A DNA stretch of 52,861 bases, counting the filler, from Bipalium vagum (Eukaryota), in NCBI GenBank assembly GCA_037834085.1. It is 2 parts of 2 records of this genome, joined end to end, with 100 filler letters (N's around TTAATTAATTAA, not from the genome) between each part and the next. Parts side by side here need not be neighbours in the genome. Positions count along the whole stretch, not along the records: positions 1 to 23,333 come from JBBMKC010210041.1; 1 more part is not named here. One strand, written 5' to 3'. The notes below the pieces were generated by a model. It had not been told where the DNA came from, did no database searches, and was given only the letters and a program-made list of their open reading frames with translations. Within the stretch, counting starts at the first letter, position 1. Every line of letters begins with the position of its first letter. Shown here piece by piece: positions 1 to 13,738 of this stretch. The translations under genes and the position numbers were made by a program.

Positions 1-680
1 TAATTATCGTTGATGGATATCTCGGTTGGTTGCGCAACTTATCCAAAATAATTGCCGTGCACGTTGTTGATTTTACTGATATCGAGAGCGATAAAAATTA
101 AATATAAAATTTTAAAAATATGTATTATTATTATTATTAATTTTTATTATTCTTTGGAGGTGTTTTCCCACCAAAACAAAAAACTGTCCCATTAATGTTT
201 CAGTGTGCCAAAAATAATAAAAGAAAATAAATAATTTATTTTAATAAATGACATTGTGGAATTTAAGTACAACAATTGTGAATCATTAAAACAAAAATGG
301 ATAACGTTAAGCACCCATAATGTTTTTAAATCTTGTCAAATCAGTTTGCTAAATTAGATAAAATTTAAAAATAAATAAAAGAAATAAAAAGCGAGATTTA
401 ATTAAGAAAAATAAACAAGTATAAAATAATACAATTTTTTGAAGTGACAAACAGATTAGGTTTAATAAATCCTCTCATCTCTGAGCCTGTAAAGATCAAA
501 ATCAACATTGGTAGTGGGGTGTTAATACTAACCTTATTTTATAATAAATTATAAATTATTTAACTAATTTAATTTAATTTATTTAATTCTGTTCTTTCAT
601 TGAATAAATGAAAAATGGAATAATAATATTAATATATAACCACATTTAAATATCATCTGTTTTGCATAGGTTACTGTAGT

Positions 681-1672
681 CAGTCTAGTCCTAAGCTCTG
701 TCACAACTTCAAAAAAAAATTTAAAGTTATTTAAAAAATAATTACAGAAATATAAATAACTAAAAAAACAACAATTTTCGTAAATTGTTTATTCAAATGT
801 TTATTCAGACCATTACGTCTCGAGGACAAGCGTCCATGGGGACATACACCATATTCATGTTTGTCTCAGTAACTTCTTTAATTAAACCAGACAATTTTTT
901 CCCAATTTCTTTGAGGTTTAGCAAAAACTTTCTCCTCTGAAAATGAAAATATTTTGTAATCCAGAAGATTTAAGTTACAGGTTGTAAAGAGCCATTGTTC
1001 TAGGCTAATGAGCTCAATGTTTAGTAGATGAAACCAATTTTGAGCAGTCTTAGATTTATAAGCTGATTTAAATCCTTGATGAAATATACAATGCTTTTTT
1101 TAACATTGTTGAATATAGGCATTTCAATGTATATTCAGTATGTCTCTTTGATATACTTTAGTTCCAGTTTTGTTACGCTTTTAGGTGTTTTTCCATGGAG
1201 CCCACACTTCTAGCCAAACAATGGCAGATACCGGATGATAGATTCTCTATACTCTGAAAACATTTCCTTTTTACTGGGAGCATGTAATATATCATTCTAT
1301 AATCAAGACCTTTGATTGTTTTAATGATTTCTGGTGTTATCGTGGACTAAGACCTACCAGTGCAAACGTATCGTTAATAAAAGTCTGGTTATAACTATTA
1401 ATAGTGAGATAAGCAAAAGTCTGTGTAATCTTGAAATTCTTCCATAATTTAAGAATTGTAGATGGAGAGTACCCGCTTGTTAAATGCCAAAACTGTAACA
1501 AGATTGTCTTCAATTCTTCACTCCATATATAATTTAAAACAAAATCACAAAAAATGATTTCTTAAGCTCAACCAATTAGGAGCTGAAAATAAATATGTAT
1601 TTATCTTTCTCTAAATATTTAGATAAAGGATTTTTAGGGCTAAAGTTTGGGACAGAACTTACGACAAGACTA
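681..1672 (-). mobile_element. Decayed, internally deleted Tc1/mariner-superfamily element (maT/DD37D-like)
   Basis: Imperfect ~30 bp TIRs (cagtctagtcctaagctctgtcacaactt at 681; aagtttgggacagaacttacgacaagact at ~1643-1671). Minus-strand remnants of a GRP-linker HTH region and a W..S.DLNPLDY-like motif (WLFTTCNLNLLDY, ~957-995). Confidence 0.7.
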
Positions 1673-1974
1673 TGTGAACACTGCTCTTTGACTACTTAAA
1701 GTTACGTTATTATTATAATTTCTTTTAATAAGATTATTTTTATTTTATATATTTATTTATTTATACTATCATTTATATTTATTTTATTCCCTTTCATTTA
1801 CAATTACTATTTTAAATAATAATATTAGTTCTAGTAATAAATAATCTAACTTTTTATTGTATAATGTAAGTATTGCAATTGTTTTAACAAATCAATTTAA
1901 ATCAAATATTCAAATCAAAAATTATTTTGAAAATAATAAAGCAAAAATTCAATAAATTCCTTTCCTTCAATTTC

Positions 1975-2800
1975 CAACATGAAAACAGATAAGATGCACA
2001 TTCGGCGTTGTATCTTATATGAATTTCAACAATGCAAAAATGTATCAAGAGTAAAATGAATCAATTATCTCTGTCCTTGGCAAAGAAATGTCAATTTATA
2101 TGTGCGCTTTCTGATCCAAAAGCTTCAAAGAATGTGATTTTAGTCTCACGGAGAGATTATACTCTTGTGCTCCTAGAACATGCAAAAATGAAGATCTGCT
2201 TTCCGATAATGCGCACAGACACCGATGGAGCTTGGAAAAGTAGTTAGAAGTTTTTCAAAAAAATGTTTCCAATCACTTACATGAGATGAAAAATATCCAA
2301 AAGGAATGAAAATGGATCTCACAATCACCAATCCAACAAAAATCAACGTTTTGCATTCTGTCACTTCTCAATAGACATCATAAAAATGTTTTTTATAGAA
2401 AATAGTTACCGAAAAAAGGATCCATTGTGAAAATCCGAAACTTAGAAAGTCATTGGTAAATCTGGAAATCATTAAAAATTGTTGTAATGACCAAAAGTTA
2501 TGGGTATGAGGTAATACTCTGCATCTAGTGGGATATAAAGGGAGCTGTTTTACGAGCTGTTGGAACCTGGTGAGACAGTTAGTGCCAATTGCTATCAAGA
2601 TCATTTTTTTTTAAATCTAAAGTTGAAACGTCCGTATTCTGGAAAAGGTTAATTGTTTCATGACAATCCAAGGTAGCACATTGCTTGTGTGATACAGACT
2701 TCAAATTATTGGATAAAATCAGAAAATGGCTTGACAATTTTATCGCGACCATGCAGCCAGAAATTTTTTGAAACAGAATTCATCAACTGTCTGTAAGATT
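1975..2800 (+). mobile_element. Degraded mariner transposase remnant
   Basis: Broken-frame motifs: xDEK (~2283), V.LCI*WD.KG..YELLEPGETV (~2510-2580), LFHDNPR (~2652-2672). Confidence 0.7.
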
Positions 2801-3367
2801 TAACTTTAAAATAAATTTTGAAGTTTTGGTAAGTTTAGATTATTTATTACTAGAACTGATATAATTGACTTGTAATAATTTTATAATTATTAATTTGATT
2901 ATAATATTTTTTAAAAAATATTATTTTCTTGGCATTAATTTTCTGTTGTATTCCTTAAGTCATCTGATAATTGAAGAGGCCACCTCTGTCGTCGTAAGTT
3001 TTGAAAGAGTTCTTAATTGAACAGCCCAAAGTAGTACTCGAATTGTCTGAGACCTTAATTAATTATATCAATTAACTTAAAGTTATCTGTGTTCAGTTCA
3101 ATGAAAATTTGCTGTTTAACAATTGCCCATTAGTCAAAAAGAGAAAGTAATATCATTTGTTTGCAGTTTTCTGAAATAAAAACCATAGAAGGACAACTTT
3201 GCTGTCATTTTCTTTATATCAGTCTAATAAATTAGTTACTCAACCATAATAAATAGATGGATCTAACTTACTCGATGTTGGGACATTATAGTATAATTTC
3301 AACCTGATGTCTTACACAGAATGTTCAATATTCAAGGTATCATTGTGAGATAAATTGAAAAGTAGTC

Positions 3368-3440
3368 GTTGATGTAGCTCAGCGGTCAGAGCAGTTCGTT
3401 CGCATGTGAAAGGTCTTGGCTGTGAATGCCAGAATCTCCG
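3368..3440 (+). pseudogene. tRNA-Ala(CGC)-derived pseudogene or SINE head
   Basis: gttgatgtagctcagcggtcagagc...ttcgcatgtgaaaggtcttggctgtgaatgccagaatctccg follows the animal tRNA-Ala pattern (GGGGATGTAGCTCAG...CGCATG...ATCTCCA). A-box is intact; T-loop/B-box and acceptor stem are mutated. Confidence 0.7.
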
Positions 3441-3599
3441 ATTAATTTTCAACTAACAATCATGATATTATCCCAAGGTTTTTTATTAAGCATGTGAAAA
3501 GAAACCTTACATTTATAATATGCCGACTTACTTAGGTATTCTAAGAATGCGGTAAAATAACCCAGTTAAAGATGAACATTTTAGGACTCCATTAATGGA

Positions 3600-4050
3600 A
3601 AACGCTGTGGTTGCAAATTGCCATTTTGCTACCCCATCCATTTCAAACATCTCAGCTGATCAATTTATGTCCAATTCGTTGAATATGCTAAATATCAATA
3701 TTTTCACTACTCCCTAAGAAAACTGTGGTAACTGACATAACAAAATTTATGTTACCTGATATCACCAATCTTGTTAGATGTTTACAATGTCAGGTAGACA
3801 AGCTGAAAAATACCTGAGACTCCGTCCCTAATAACTTTCATTATGCAGCCCTCATTCTGATTAAATATCATTTTTTTCGAATGAACTATCCGATTTATTA
3901 ACCACTCGGTAATTGATATCCTTGTTGAAAGCCTTTTGTAAAGTAATTAATTACTTATTTATGATATCATCATGTAATAGCCAAACTTTGATTTTTGAAT
4001 AAAACATGCTATCAGAACCGGATGATCAGGTTCTCTTTCTTTCTTATTTT
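3600..4050 (-). mobile_element. Possible highly decayed non-LTR (LINE) reverse transcriptase fragment
   Basis: Minus strand gives LQKAFNK (~3921-3942), similar to the RT motif DLxKAFD, plus a weak YADD-like remnant near 3720-3740. No open frame. Confidence 0.3.
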
Positions 4051-4489
4051 AAAAGATGGCGTAATACAATGATAATACAATACGTTGTTACATTTACATA
4101 ATGATAACAGCCAAAGAAATCACTGAGATATTTAGACCAGATATCTACTACGAATGCACAATAAGGCGATTGTTTAGGAAACCCTTGTAGTCGATTTCTG
4201 ATTGGAAAATGCTCTTCGTGAAAAATCGCTGATCACAATTGATGATGAGGTTCCAGGAATGGGAGTCTACCATGAACGGAGGGGGCAAAAACCTGAACAG
4301 ATAGGTGTCTTATAAAGTGAATCATCTGCACGATTAGAGGAATGTCTTCTTTACCTAAAACGCACCATAGTAATCCATTTTTTGTATGAATTTTACCATA
4401 AGATGAAGGAGCCTTTTTTTCCAGCTCTAATTATCTTTAGGATATATGGATAAGAACTTAAAAACCCTTCTATTATGTATATATTTCAG

Positions 4490-7400
4490 AGTGTAGATGC
4501 CACCCTATCGGTTCTACATCTCCTGACAAATGTGATCAAAGAAACAGCCAATGTAACTGTAAACATGGTGTAACAGGTCTGTCTTGCAATCGTTGTCAAA
4601 AAGGGTTCCAGCAAACAAGGTCGCCTGTTCAACCTTGTGTAGAAAGTAAGGTGTTCTATTCACAAAAATCTTTTTTGACATTTATTTTCTTTAGCTTACG
4701 ACTTGCATAAAATACCAATGGCTCAAGCTCCTGGTAATACGTTTTTATATTCTCCATATATGTGATACTTTATTTTTTGAATTCCCCGTGATAATGGCTT
4801 ATATACTTTCAGATCTAATAATACTGAAAGCTCAAAAAGTATTAAATATTAATCCAATGTGCTTGCCAACCAATTTTATCAGATCATTTTTCAAAAGTAG
4901 ATCTTTCGTGTGAAAGAGGATAGAATTTTGGCATTATTTATAAAATGAGTTATTTTAACTAAAATTATTATTTTGAAGCAAAAAAGAGATGATGGACAAA
5001 CCCTTCATTGTTTAGGCAGACTGGCTCAATCGGAATAGGGGCAGCCCTTTTCATTACTGATACACGGCTTTTTGAAATAAACGTAACAGTTTATTGAATA
5101 AACCTTGATTTACGGTCCAGTAACTTGTGTTCGAATTAAAAACAAAGCTCGCTAAATTAACCATCAGGGTTGTCCTTAGATCGTTGATCTGCTCTAAAGG
5201 ATTTCTAGTAGTTCTATTTTCGAAAACTGAATGAATCTTGAGACTAATCTAATAGTATTTATTTAAAGGTTACTATTGGAGCGTCCCAAAAATATTCGTT
5301 TTTTTAATAAAAAGAAACCAAATTATAAAATTTTATTAAATACATATAAATATCAAAGTTAGACCATTATGTTTGATCGTCTTTAGCCATCATTTAGGTA
5401 GTTCTTGACTTCCACTAAGATACCATCTTTTCGATTTAGAAGAGAAGAACTCCAACCAGGCAATTTCCACATCGTTAATATTACTAAAGCTTTGATTACA
5501 AAAGAAATGTGTCAAAGATCTAAATAGGTAGTAATCCGTAAACGCCAGATCAGGGCTGTAAACTTGATGTTGTAAAAACCCAATTCCCTCCAGTTCTAGA
5601 ATATCTTTCTGTTATAATCGCTGTGTGGTTTTGGATTGTCATGCTGGAGAGGGACGTTTTTGCGATTTACCGAAGAAGGGTATTTTTTTAGTTTTTCATA
5701 CATACGATGAAGTTGTGAGGAACATAACTTGGAGTCAATTGATTTATCGTTCGGGATCAATTCGAAGTGGATTACACTTTTGTAATTTCACCATACACAC
5801 AAGATGACCTTTTTTCAAATCTTTGCTGTTTAACAACAGGAAATGCTGTTTGCGCAATGTTTATCCACTGATTTGAAGTGTTTGGATTTGTAAAATAAAT
5901 CCACTTCTCATTGTTTGTCACGATTCTCTTAATGAATCGACTGTAAAATGGATTTTTCAAAATTTCTTTGCAGATATCCACACGTCGTAGATTATTTTCC
6001 ACACTTAAATTATGAGGTATTTCTCTGCACCGTCTGTTTACCTTTCCATGAAAATGTAAATGTCTGCATATGGTCTTTGATGGTCCTAATTGTGATGATA
6101 ATTTTCCGTTACTAGTTCTTGCATTCTTTTCAACAGCTTCCACTAGTGTTTCAAAAATGCCTTCTCGCAACTTGTCACTCTCTGGAAAAAATGTGTTGAC
6201 TTCTCTGGGAACTTTATTGAAAAATAATTACCTGTACATATTCATTATTATTAATTAAAAAGTTTTTTGTGATCGTTTCTTGTTTTCTACCATATGTTCA
6301 GTACTTATTGGGTACATCACGTAGTTAGTTTAAAAGACAGAAAATTTACTTACGTTCGATAAAAAATTGATTTCATGACAAACATTAAAATTCAAAAAAC
6401 GAATATTTTAGGGACAGTAATATTAAAAATATATCAAAATATTGATTGATTCTGTTTTTAGTGAAACAGAAATATATATAGTTAGATAATGCCATATAAT
6501 GTATACTACAATAGTCTCATATCTTTATATTGCTGGAGAAATATAAAAACATGAAATCTTTTATATATTTCTATTAATAAAGTATTGGGGAAAAGTCTAG
6601 ACTTTTACTTGAAATTTATTATTTAGTATTGAATAGCAGTAGGACAACCTATTGAACTTATAGTGAAAAAATCGAAATTGTTTTCATGAACATTTAAAAT
6701 TGCTTAAAGATTTCTTCTTAGATTTCGAAAACCACATATATATATATATATATATATATAAGGTTTAACATGTTTCATTTTGAATCTATACTTTTTTATT
6801 ATAATAAATTAAGAATGAAAATAATAAGAGAATATATTAGGCTGGTGAATATGAAATTTTCTATATAATTTTTAGGTGTCAAAGATATAAGAGAAAAAGA
6901 CTTTATATAATCTCTTATTTATAAAAACAAGCATCATCAACACTCATCTGCTAATGCTTTGTCAGTCCGTATATTCCTGATTTAAAGAAGTCCTGATTTT
7001 TGGAATCAATAAAATGCCGGATCGCAATTTTCAGATATTTCTGATTAATAAAAACTTGACTCTAGATATTGAGCCAGACGCTTGAATATTAGGAAATCAA
7101 TTGGATGACTATGGTGGATGAAAAAAAAGTTCGTAATTTATATCAGAAATATGCCGAATAATTGCCATTGATACATGAGGTCTGGTCTTATTCTGCACAG
7201 AATATGTCTCTGTAGGTTAATGCAGACCAATGTTTCTTAAGTTTTGCATGAATTTTTTCAAAGCAATCGCAGCTAGTATCATTTCATATGCCAGAACCTA
7301 ATATAAAATATTATGTATTATCTTAACTTATTAAAACGATTAAAAGATTACATAGAAGATCACAAATCATGTTCTTATATAAAATAACAATTTAGTAGAA

Positions 7401-10400
7401 GAAATTCTAGAAAGGCACATTCAACCTTCAAAACATTACAAATACCGATCGGTCATTCAATTTCCATACCGATTGATCCAAATCGTGAAAGAAAACAGCT
7501 GTCAAACACATTTATGTGTGAGAATGAATATCAAACTAATTATATTCTTCAGACACCTAAAATCAAATGAGTATATTCAAAAACTGCGTTTTTATGCGAC
7601 TTATCGGTTGACCGAAGAAATCAAAGAAAGTCTTTTAAAAATTCACTTCAAACTCCTTCCAAATTCCTTGCAGCAAGCGGTGATAAGGTATCGTTTTTTC
7701 ATCGGGTCATTATGGGAGATGAGAAATGATGCTTGTATATAATCGTGAAGCACAAAAAGAAGGGGTTGGCTTTTACTTGCAAACAACGCTTAGAGTTAAA
7801 CAAAAATAATAGAATTGGATAGGCTTATTACACTGAGAAATGATTCATAAAAATCAGAGAATCGACAAGTACTGTGAATCAGTTACGTGCACTAAAGGAC
7901 ATTATGAAAGAGAAAAGACAGGAAAAGCGAGTCAACGTCATTCCTCCCAAAGATAAAAAAAGCCGAACAAAGCAACTATCCTCAAAATTACTTACCTTGA
8001 GTTCAATTTGGAAGTCCAACATCTTGCAAATCAATCAGGTCTTGAGTCAACATATTTTGATCTTTTCCATTCACCCTCTAAGTAAATGAACGGTATTACT
8101 TTAAGGTAAGAAAAACTTTAAAATTAATTGAGCAATTTCTTTCTGAGCTGATCTAGCAAATTCTCGAACAAAGATTTCGACAAACTGGTGAAAAGATAGG
8201 AGAAGATCCTAAGTAATAACGAAAATTATATTATCGATCGATTTTTCATTATTATTTGTAAATAAAATGCATTATTTCATATAAATGAATATATGATTAA
8301 AAATTCTAAAAATTTATGTGACTACAGAAAATATTATATTATATAATATTTAATAAACGTTTTAATTGATTTTATCAGTGGTCTTCTTATTATGGTTATT
8401 TAATTATAAGTTTAAGACTTTACCAATTTTGTCTATTTAGAAAATAAATGTCAACATTGTAACAATAAAAGAAAACGAATCCGGTTCAAGAAATACTGTC
8501 GGAAAGACGCAGGTTGTTATTTTATTAAGAAATAAAATAATGAATTTATAAATTGGTACTATCAGAATGTTTGAATTGGATTTATTTCGCTTGCATGTTT
8601 GATAAATTCAAACAAAATGGGACATTAAATTATCAATAATTAGATATAAAATATTACATGAAAATAAAATTTTAAAAGAAAGAAATATAAATAAATTAAA
8701 TTAAATTTATTGCTTTTATATATTTTGCAATTTGATGATATATATTAATGGGGAACGAGCGAGAAACATTGTGAAACCAATTTGAAATGGGAGAGTATTC
8801 AATTTGATGATATTATCTGAGGGACAGTTTTTATTACAAATACTTTAAAATGCCAATATCAAATTCCATTGAACATTATTTTTGACAGAATCATTATTAA
8901 ATCTACCCTTTGAAAATTATTATGATTTAATATTCATTATCTTAATGTTACAGAGAGCTTTTAAGTTTTTATTTGTTTGTTTTAATTTTCTTTAAAAATT
9001 AGTTTTAGATAAATATTTGAAATATTATTATTATACTTTTTCATTAAATAATTATGTTATAATATAATTTTTTAAAGATAATTATTTTTATTATTTTATT
9101 TTATTAAAAAATAAATATATTTTAATAATGAAAAAATACACGATTTTATTGACATGCAATGTTTGTGTAAACAAAAAATAATGGATTAAAGAAATAAGGT
9201 CTCCAAGACCCTAAACAATTCTATAAGACATTGCTAATATTGTGAACTAAGCTACAACACCGAAGAATTTTATTTATTTTAATATTTTAAATTATAAAAA
9301 AATTTTCAGAAAATATTAATAAATAATTTATTTTTGGTAATGAAAAAAATTATATAAATTGACCTTGTAATATTTTTTTGATGAAAAGTCTGCTAACTTT
9401 TTTACGTGCCGTCCTTCGTGGAAAGATGGCAGATGATTGTTGATAATGATTGTGAATACATTATTGATTGATATTATTTTGTTTTAAATGTTTTCTAACA
9501 CTTTGGTTTTTGATTGTCGGTTTCTTTTTGGGGCTCCTAATAAGAAAGAACTAGGTTATACTACGTGATTTTCAGTTGAAAGAGTTTAGTATGTTGTGAA
9601 TGGAGATTTAAAGATACATTTTCTCCATCATATCTGGATCGATTTAATCATATAAATAATCATAAAAATTAAAACGGATTCTATGTGCCGTTTGGATATT
9701 ATGAATGAAATCTGGACCCACCACTATACACAAAAGACAACAGCAGAATTCAAATAATGGATGGATGCATCTTCCAATGCACCAAAGAATACTAAGATAT
9801 TTTTTAATGCAAAAGGAATGTTGAGAAAGGAAAAACAAGGAAAAACTCTCAGTATTATGTAAGCATATTGAATCAATTGGATAACAAAATTGGTGCAAAA
9901 CAACCAGGCTCAAAGAAGAAAAAACCATTTTTCTGCAAGACAATTTTGTTTACAAAATCTTTTTTACCCTGACAACAATAAATGAATTGAAGTTAAAATT
10001 GCTGAATCATCCATCATCCGAATTCTCTTTTTCCCAAACCTTAAAAATTTTTTATCTGGAAAGCGTTGTCTTGACAATCAAGAACCATTTGATATTGTAG
10101 ATAGCTATTACGTTGACAACAATTTAAAGGCTCTAGTGGAAGAAGATAAGCTAACAACAAAAAGAAAATTTGCCAAAAGTCTAGATTTCAGTATTGGAAA
10201 TGTTTCCATTCATATAAAGCAAATATGTTATACTAAGAAACCGGATATTTGATTATCACAGGAGCTAATCACAAAAAAAAGAAACGCTATGAGATATTCT
10301 CAGAACTCATTTTGAGGATGAAAAACGAGCCATTTCTTCATCGTCGGATTACTGGTGATGAAAAATGGTTTCTGTATAACAATATTAAACGTTCAGCACA

Positions 10401-12254
10401 GTGGTGAATGTCCTAAATCCTTCCTAAAACCAAGTCAACATGAAAAAAGATAGTGGTTATGGTATACGTGTTCAAAATAAGTGATTTATTACGATTATCT
10501 GGAAAAGGGAGAAATGATAATAGCTGAGACATACTGCCTAGAAATTGTTGAAAAAATGTGTCTAGCATTGATCAATAGTAAAACCAATTCTATTTCATGA
10601 CAAAACAAACCATGGATAAGATGAAAAGCCTTAATTACTAAATTCTGTCACATCCACCGTACTCGACCATCTCTTGGAAACTGATTTCCATTTATTCAAA
10701 CATTTCAAAATTATTTGAATGGAAAAAGATTTCAGAATGAAGAGGTACTAAAAGGAGAATTTGAACCATTCATTGCCTCCATGTCTACCCAACTATATCC
10801 CATATAAATGGAAAATCTACCAATTCGTTGGCATAAGTTTGTAAAAGCTAATGGTTTTTATTTTAATTTTTTATGGTTTCTGCTGTTTTAAGAAATGTGC
10901 GAAATTTTCTGAACGACGTAATATTTTGCCTGCCTTGAAAAAAGTCATTACAACTAAGATATCAAAATGCTAGAAAAACATTGGACTAAATTTGTTGAGC
11001 TAAAAAAAGATTTCGTAGAAAAATACTGTGATTTTTGAACAATAACCTTGTTCTATTCTACTTATTTTCAAACCTTTTCAAACCACTGTCATGATTCTCT
11101 TAAAGACTTTATTAGATTGTGTAGAATTTCTCCTTTTATCATAAATAATTACTTTAAGAAATTTTACTCACAAAAAGAAGTATAGAATTTTCGTAACTCA
11201 CCAAATTGGTCGCCTTTTAAAAATGATTACCAATGTTTATTATTTAAACAACTTTCATAATTTATATAAATTTAATATTAAAAATTAAAATTGTAAAAAA
11301 CCAATAATTTTTGGTTTTGATGTCTTCATTGATAAAAGAAAAAAAAATATTAAAATAAAATATTTTCGGTTGATTATTTTTATTAAATTTGTGAGTTTTG
11401 ATTAAAAACAGTGAAATATTCTTTTACACTTTTTCTTGAAATTTTCTTTAGAAATTTTTCACATAATCGATAAAATATCATTTCTGATATTTGTTTACCG
11501 CATAAAAGTAATCACTTTTTATTTTTATATTTATAATTAACAACAGCTGTTTTTTCCGAGTAATTAAAATCCAAAATATTTTTAATAAACATTAACTTAA
11601 CCGTTTTTTAATTGAAAAATTATTGATTGGGTCATAGGAATATTTTAAGATCAAGCATTATTAAAACAAAATAACCGAATATATTAAAATGGAAAATAAA
11701 GCAGTTATTTTTACTATTTCTTATCGATTCATTTATGTAACATCATGTCTACTTATTATTTTTAAGTAGTGAGATATTTTTTAAAAATTTTATATTATTT
11801 TCTACTTTCAGTCCTGTTAGTAACGATGCAGTCAAGAGAACAGCACGGTGATATGTTCAGGTTTGAAATGAAAATAAACTACGTCTATAAGATAGATTCG
11901 AGCAAGTTTGCACATTTGCAACCCGATTTTCTTGCATCAATGAACTCCATCATGTCCAATCAATATAGCCATTCCACGTTTCCACTGTGGATCAAAGAAA
12001 CAGATCTAAAGTGTAACTGTCCTTCCCTTGAGCTCGGCATGACATATTTGGTGGTACTAAAACTGCAAACAATCAAATATCTGGAAAGGTCTGAACTGCT
12101 GTTGACTCAAAAAAGCGTAGCTCTTCCTTGGCAAAAGACCTGGGAGCGTAGAATGAAAAAGTTTTCAAATAAAGAACAACAGGGCCAATGTGTCAAGTGG
12201 AATACGGAAGGTCAGTACCGTCAAAGAAACAGTCAAGTGAAAAATAAAGCATGA
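4490..12254 (+). CDS. netrin: Netrin (UNC-6 family), 3' part; exons 4490-4645, 4695-4733, 8441-8512, 11812-12254
   Basis: First exon encodes [51 protein letters not shown], the third laminin-EGF repeat of netrins. Later exons encode [16 protein letters not shown] and the NTR/C345C domain ([23 protein letters not shown]...W..RMKKF...GQC). All junctions are GT-AG, phase 1 and in frame. Upstream exons were not found in the window. Confidence 0.93.
5274..6422 (-). mobile_element. Near full-length defective mariner in a netrin intron
   Basis: TIRs gtcccaaaaatattcgtttttt (~5283) and aaaaaacgaatattttagggac (~6394). ORF 5772-6170 has IPHNL and [12 protein letters not shown]; an [13 protein letters not shown] remnant lies at ~5515-5560. 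Confidence 0.88.
6736..6760. repeat. (TA)n microsatellite
   Basis: About 12 perfect TA units. Confidence 0.9.
6835..8240. mobile_element. Two decayed mariner fragments (3' end on the - strand ~6835-7290; + strand copy ~7320-8240)
   Basis: Mariner-type terminus tattaggctggtgaatatgaaa at 6835; GDEK*CLY motif at ~7714-7740; remnant of the C-terminal KLV.R*..I...N..YI motif at ~8180-8235. Confidence 0.6.
9600..11090 (+). mobile_element. Mariner remnant (irritans-like) interrupted by a second mariner (~10067-10922)
   Basis: Host: [10 protein letters not shown] (9705), FLQDN (9930), [12 protein letters not shown] (to ~10066), resuming as YF..LEK...[21 protein letters not shown] (10922-11025). Insert: [20 protein letters not shown] (10348), HPPYS, TDFHLF, and a terminus ending gaacgacgtaata. 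Confidence 0.75.
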
Positions 12255-13267
12255 GGAAAGACAAAATTTTGTCATCGTTTTTCAAAACTGTTGATCTCAT
12301 CCCGTCTTTTGTCATTGATAAATTGATTTTTTCAATGTTTCCAATTGTTCTTTTCGTCTTCTGAAATTTTCCAGTGCGAAAGGGTTGGACTTTTAATGGA
12401 ACCCCACCTCATTTTAATATGTACCATGAAGTAAATGTATTATTTATTGAAATAGATTTTGTTGTAAAAATTTACGCCCTAACCAATATGTTATTCTCAT
12501 TTGATCATTTGGTTGTCAGATAAAGGTTGGAAACGTTTTCAGAATAAATTGTCATTAATAAAATTGTTTTAATGAATATGTTTGATTTAAACAAGCATAA
12601 GAATAATAAATGGGAATTGACAAACACCTCTAAGATTCAACAAAATTTTTTTTAATGAAAACCTTTAACCATGTAACTTTTACATTTCAGAAGGTGCTCA
12701 GTAACTCTGGTTCATTTTCTGTTGAAGTTATGGAGGGGTTCATTTTTTTCATATGGCGAATGCTTTTAATGTTATGATATCATATTTACATCATCTTATC
12801 TTAAGAGAGATTTTTGTTGTCAAAACTCTTATGTCCTTCTGAGATTATCTTACAAATTGTTCATTATGTATCATTTATCATCATCCATAACTTGTAAAAA
12901 TCGGCTTGCCGAAGTTTTGCGGTTATCTTGTTTGAATCTGAATCAACAAGAGTTTTCAATTCATTTAAGTTCAGTTTCTTTCTCTACTTTCAACCAGAAG
13001 CCACCTAAACATGAATGTGTATTCATAGAGTTCATATTCCAGAACCAAATTGTCAAACCTTTATCTTTCTTCATACTGTTATGTTAGACTTTACCAAAAC
13101 CAGTTCCTAAAAAGTACAAGTCAAGGTACATGCTGGAGATAAAATCTTGTAGACTCGTACAGAAAAAATTGAGAACTCAACGAAATTTTCTACATAAACA
13201 ATTATTATACAATCTGTTAAACTGAATTGTACAGTAAAAAAAAATCAATACTTTTTTTATATATATA

Positions 13268-13738
13268 CAGAAGTGTCTCAAAATAATGTGAACTAACCTC
13301 GTATGTAGCATTTCATATGGTAGCGCTTCAAAAATCCGTGAACAGAATCTTTTGAGATTCCTAGCTCAAGACTTGCTCGTCTCACAAATGTTTGTTCCAG
13401 TATTCTTTCTTCCGTTGTGGTACTTATCGATATTCTCCATCTTCCAGAACGGTTTTTGTTGATATTATTAATAGTTCCATCTTTTTCAAATTTATCCTTA
13501 TTAGACTAATTTCTTGAAAAGGGTCTGTATCTCTTATATTGTCAAACTTGAAGTAATTTTGATAATAAATTTTTGCTGCTCAAAGTTCTTACTAAAATAG
13601 AATTTATAGGTTTATAATAGCGGTAATTTCTTAAGAGTTATTAGAGCATTTAAACAAACTATAAAACAAATAATAAGGATTTATAATTACTTAATGATTT
13701 ATATTTAAAGTGTGTATACATTTTTTGAGACACCCATT
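13268..13738. mobile_element. Non-autonomous Tc1/mariner-type MITE (~470 bp)
   Basis: TA-flanked inverted ends cagaagtgtctcaaaataatgt and acattttttgagacaccc; no coding capacity. Confidence 0.6.

Noticed and set aside
11769-11811. Apparent signal peptide at the start of the 161 aa ORF
   Set aside because: It is the intron's pyrimidine tract; the netrin exon begins after the AG at 11810-11811.
12700-13130. Moderate-GC segment downstream of netrin with ORF 12857-13087
   Set aside because: No recognisable motif or consistent splice structure; probably decayed repeat.
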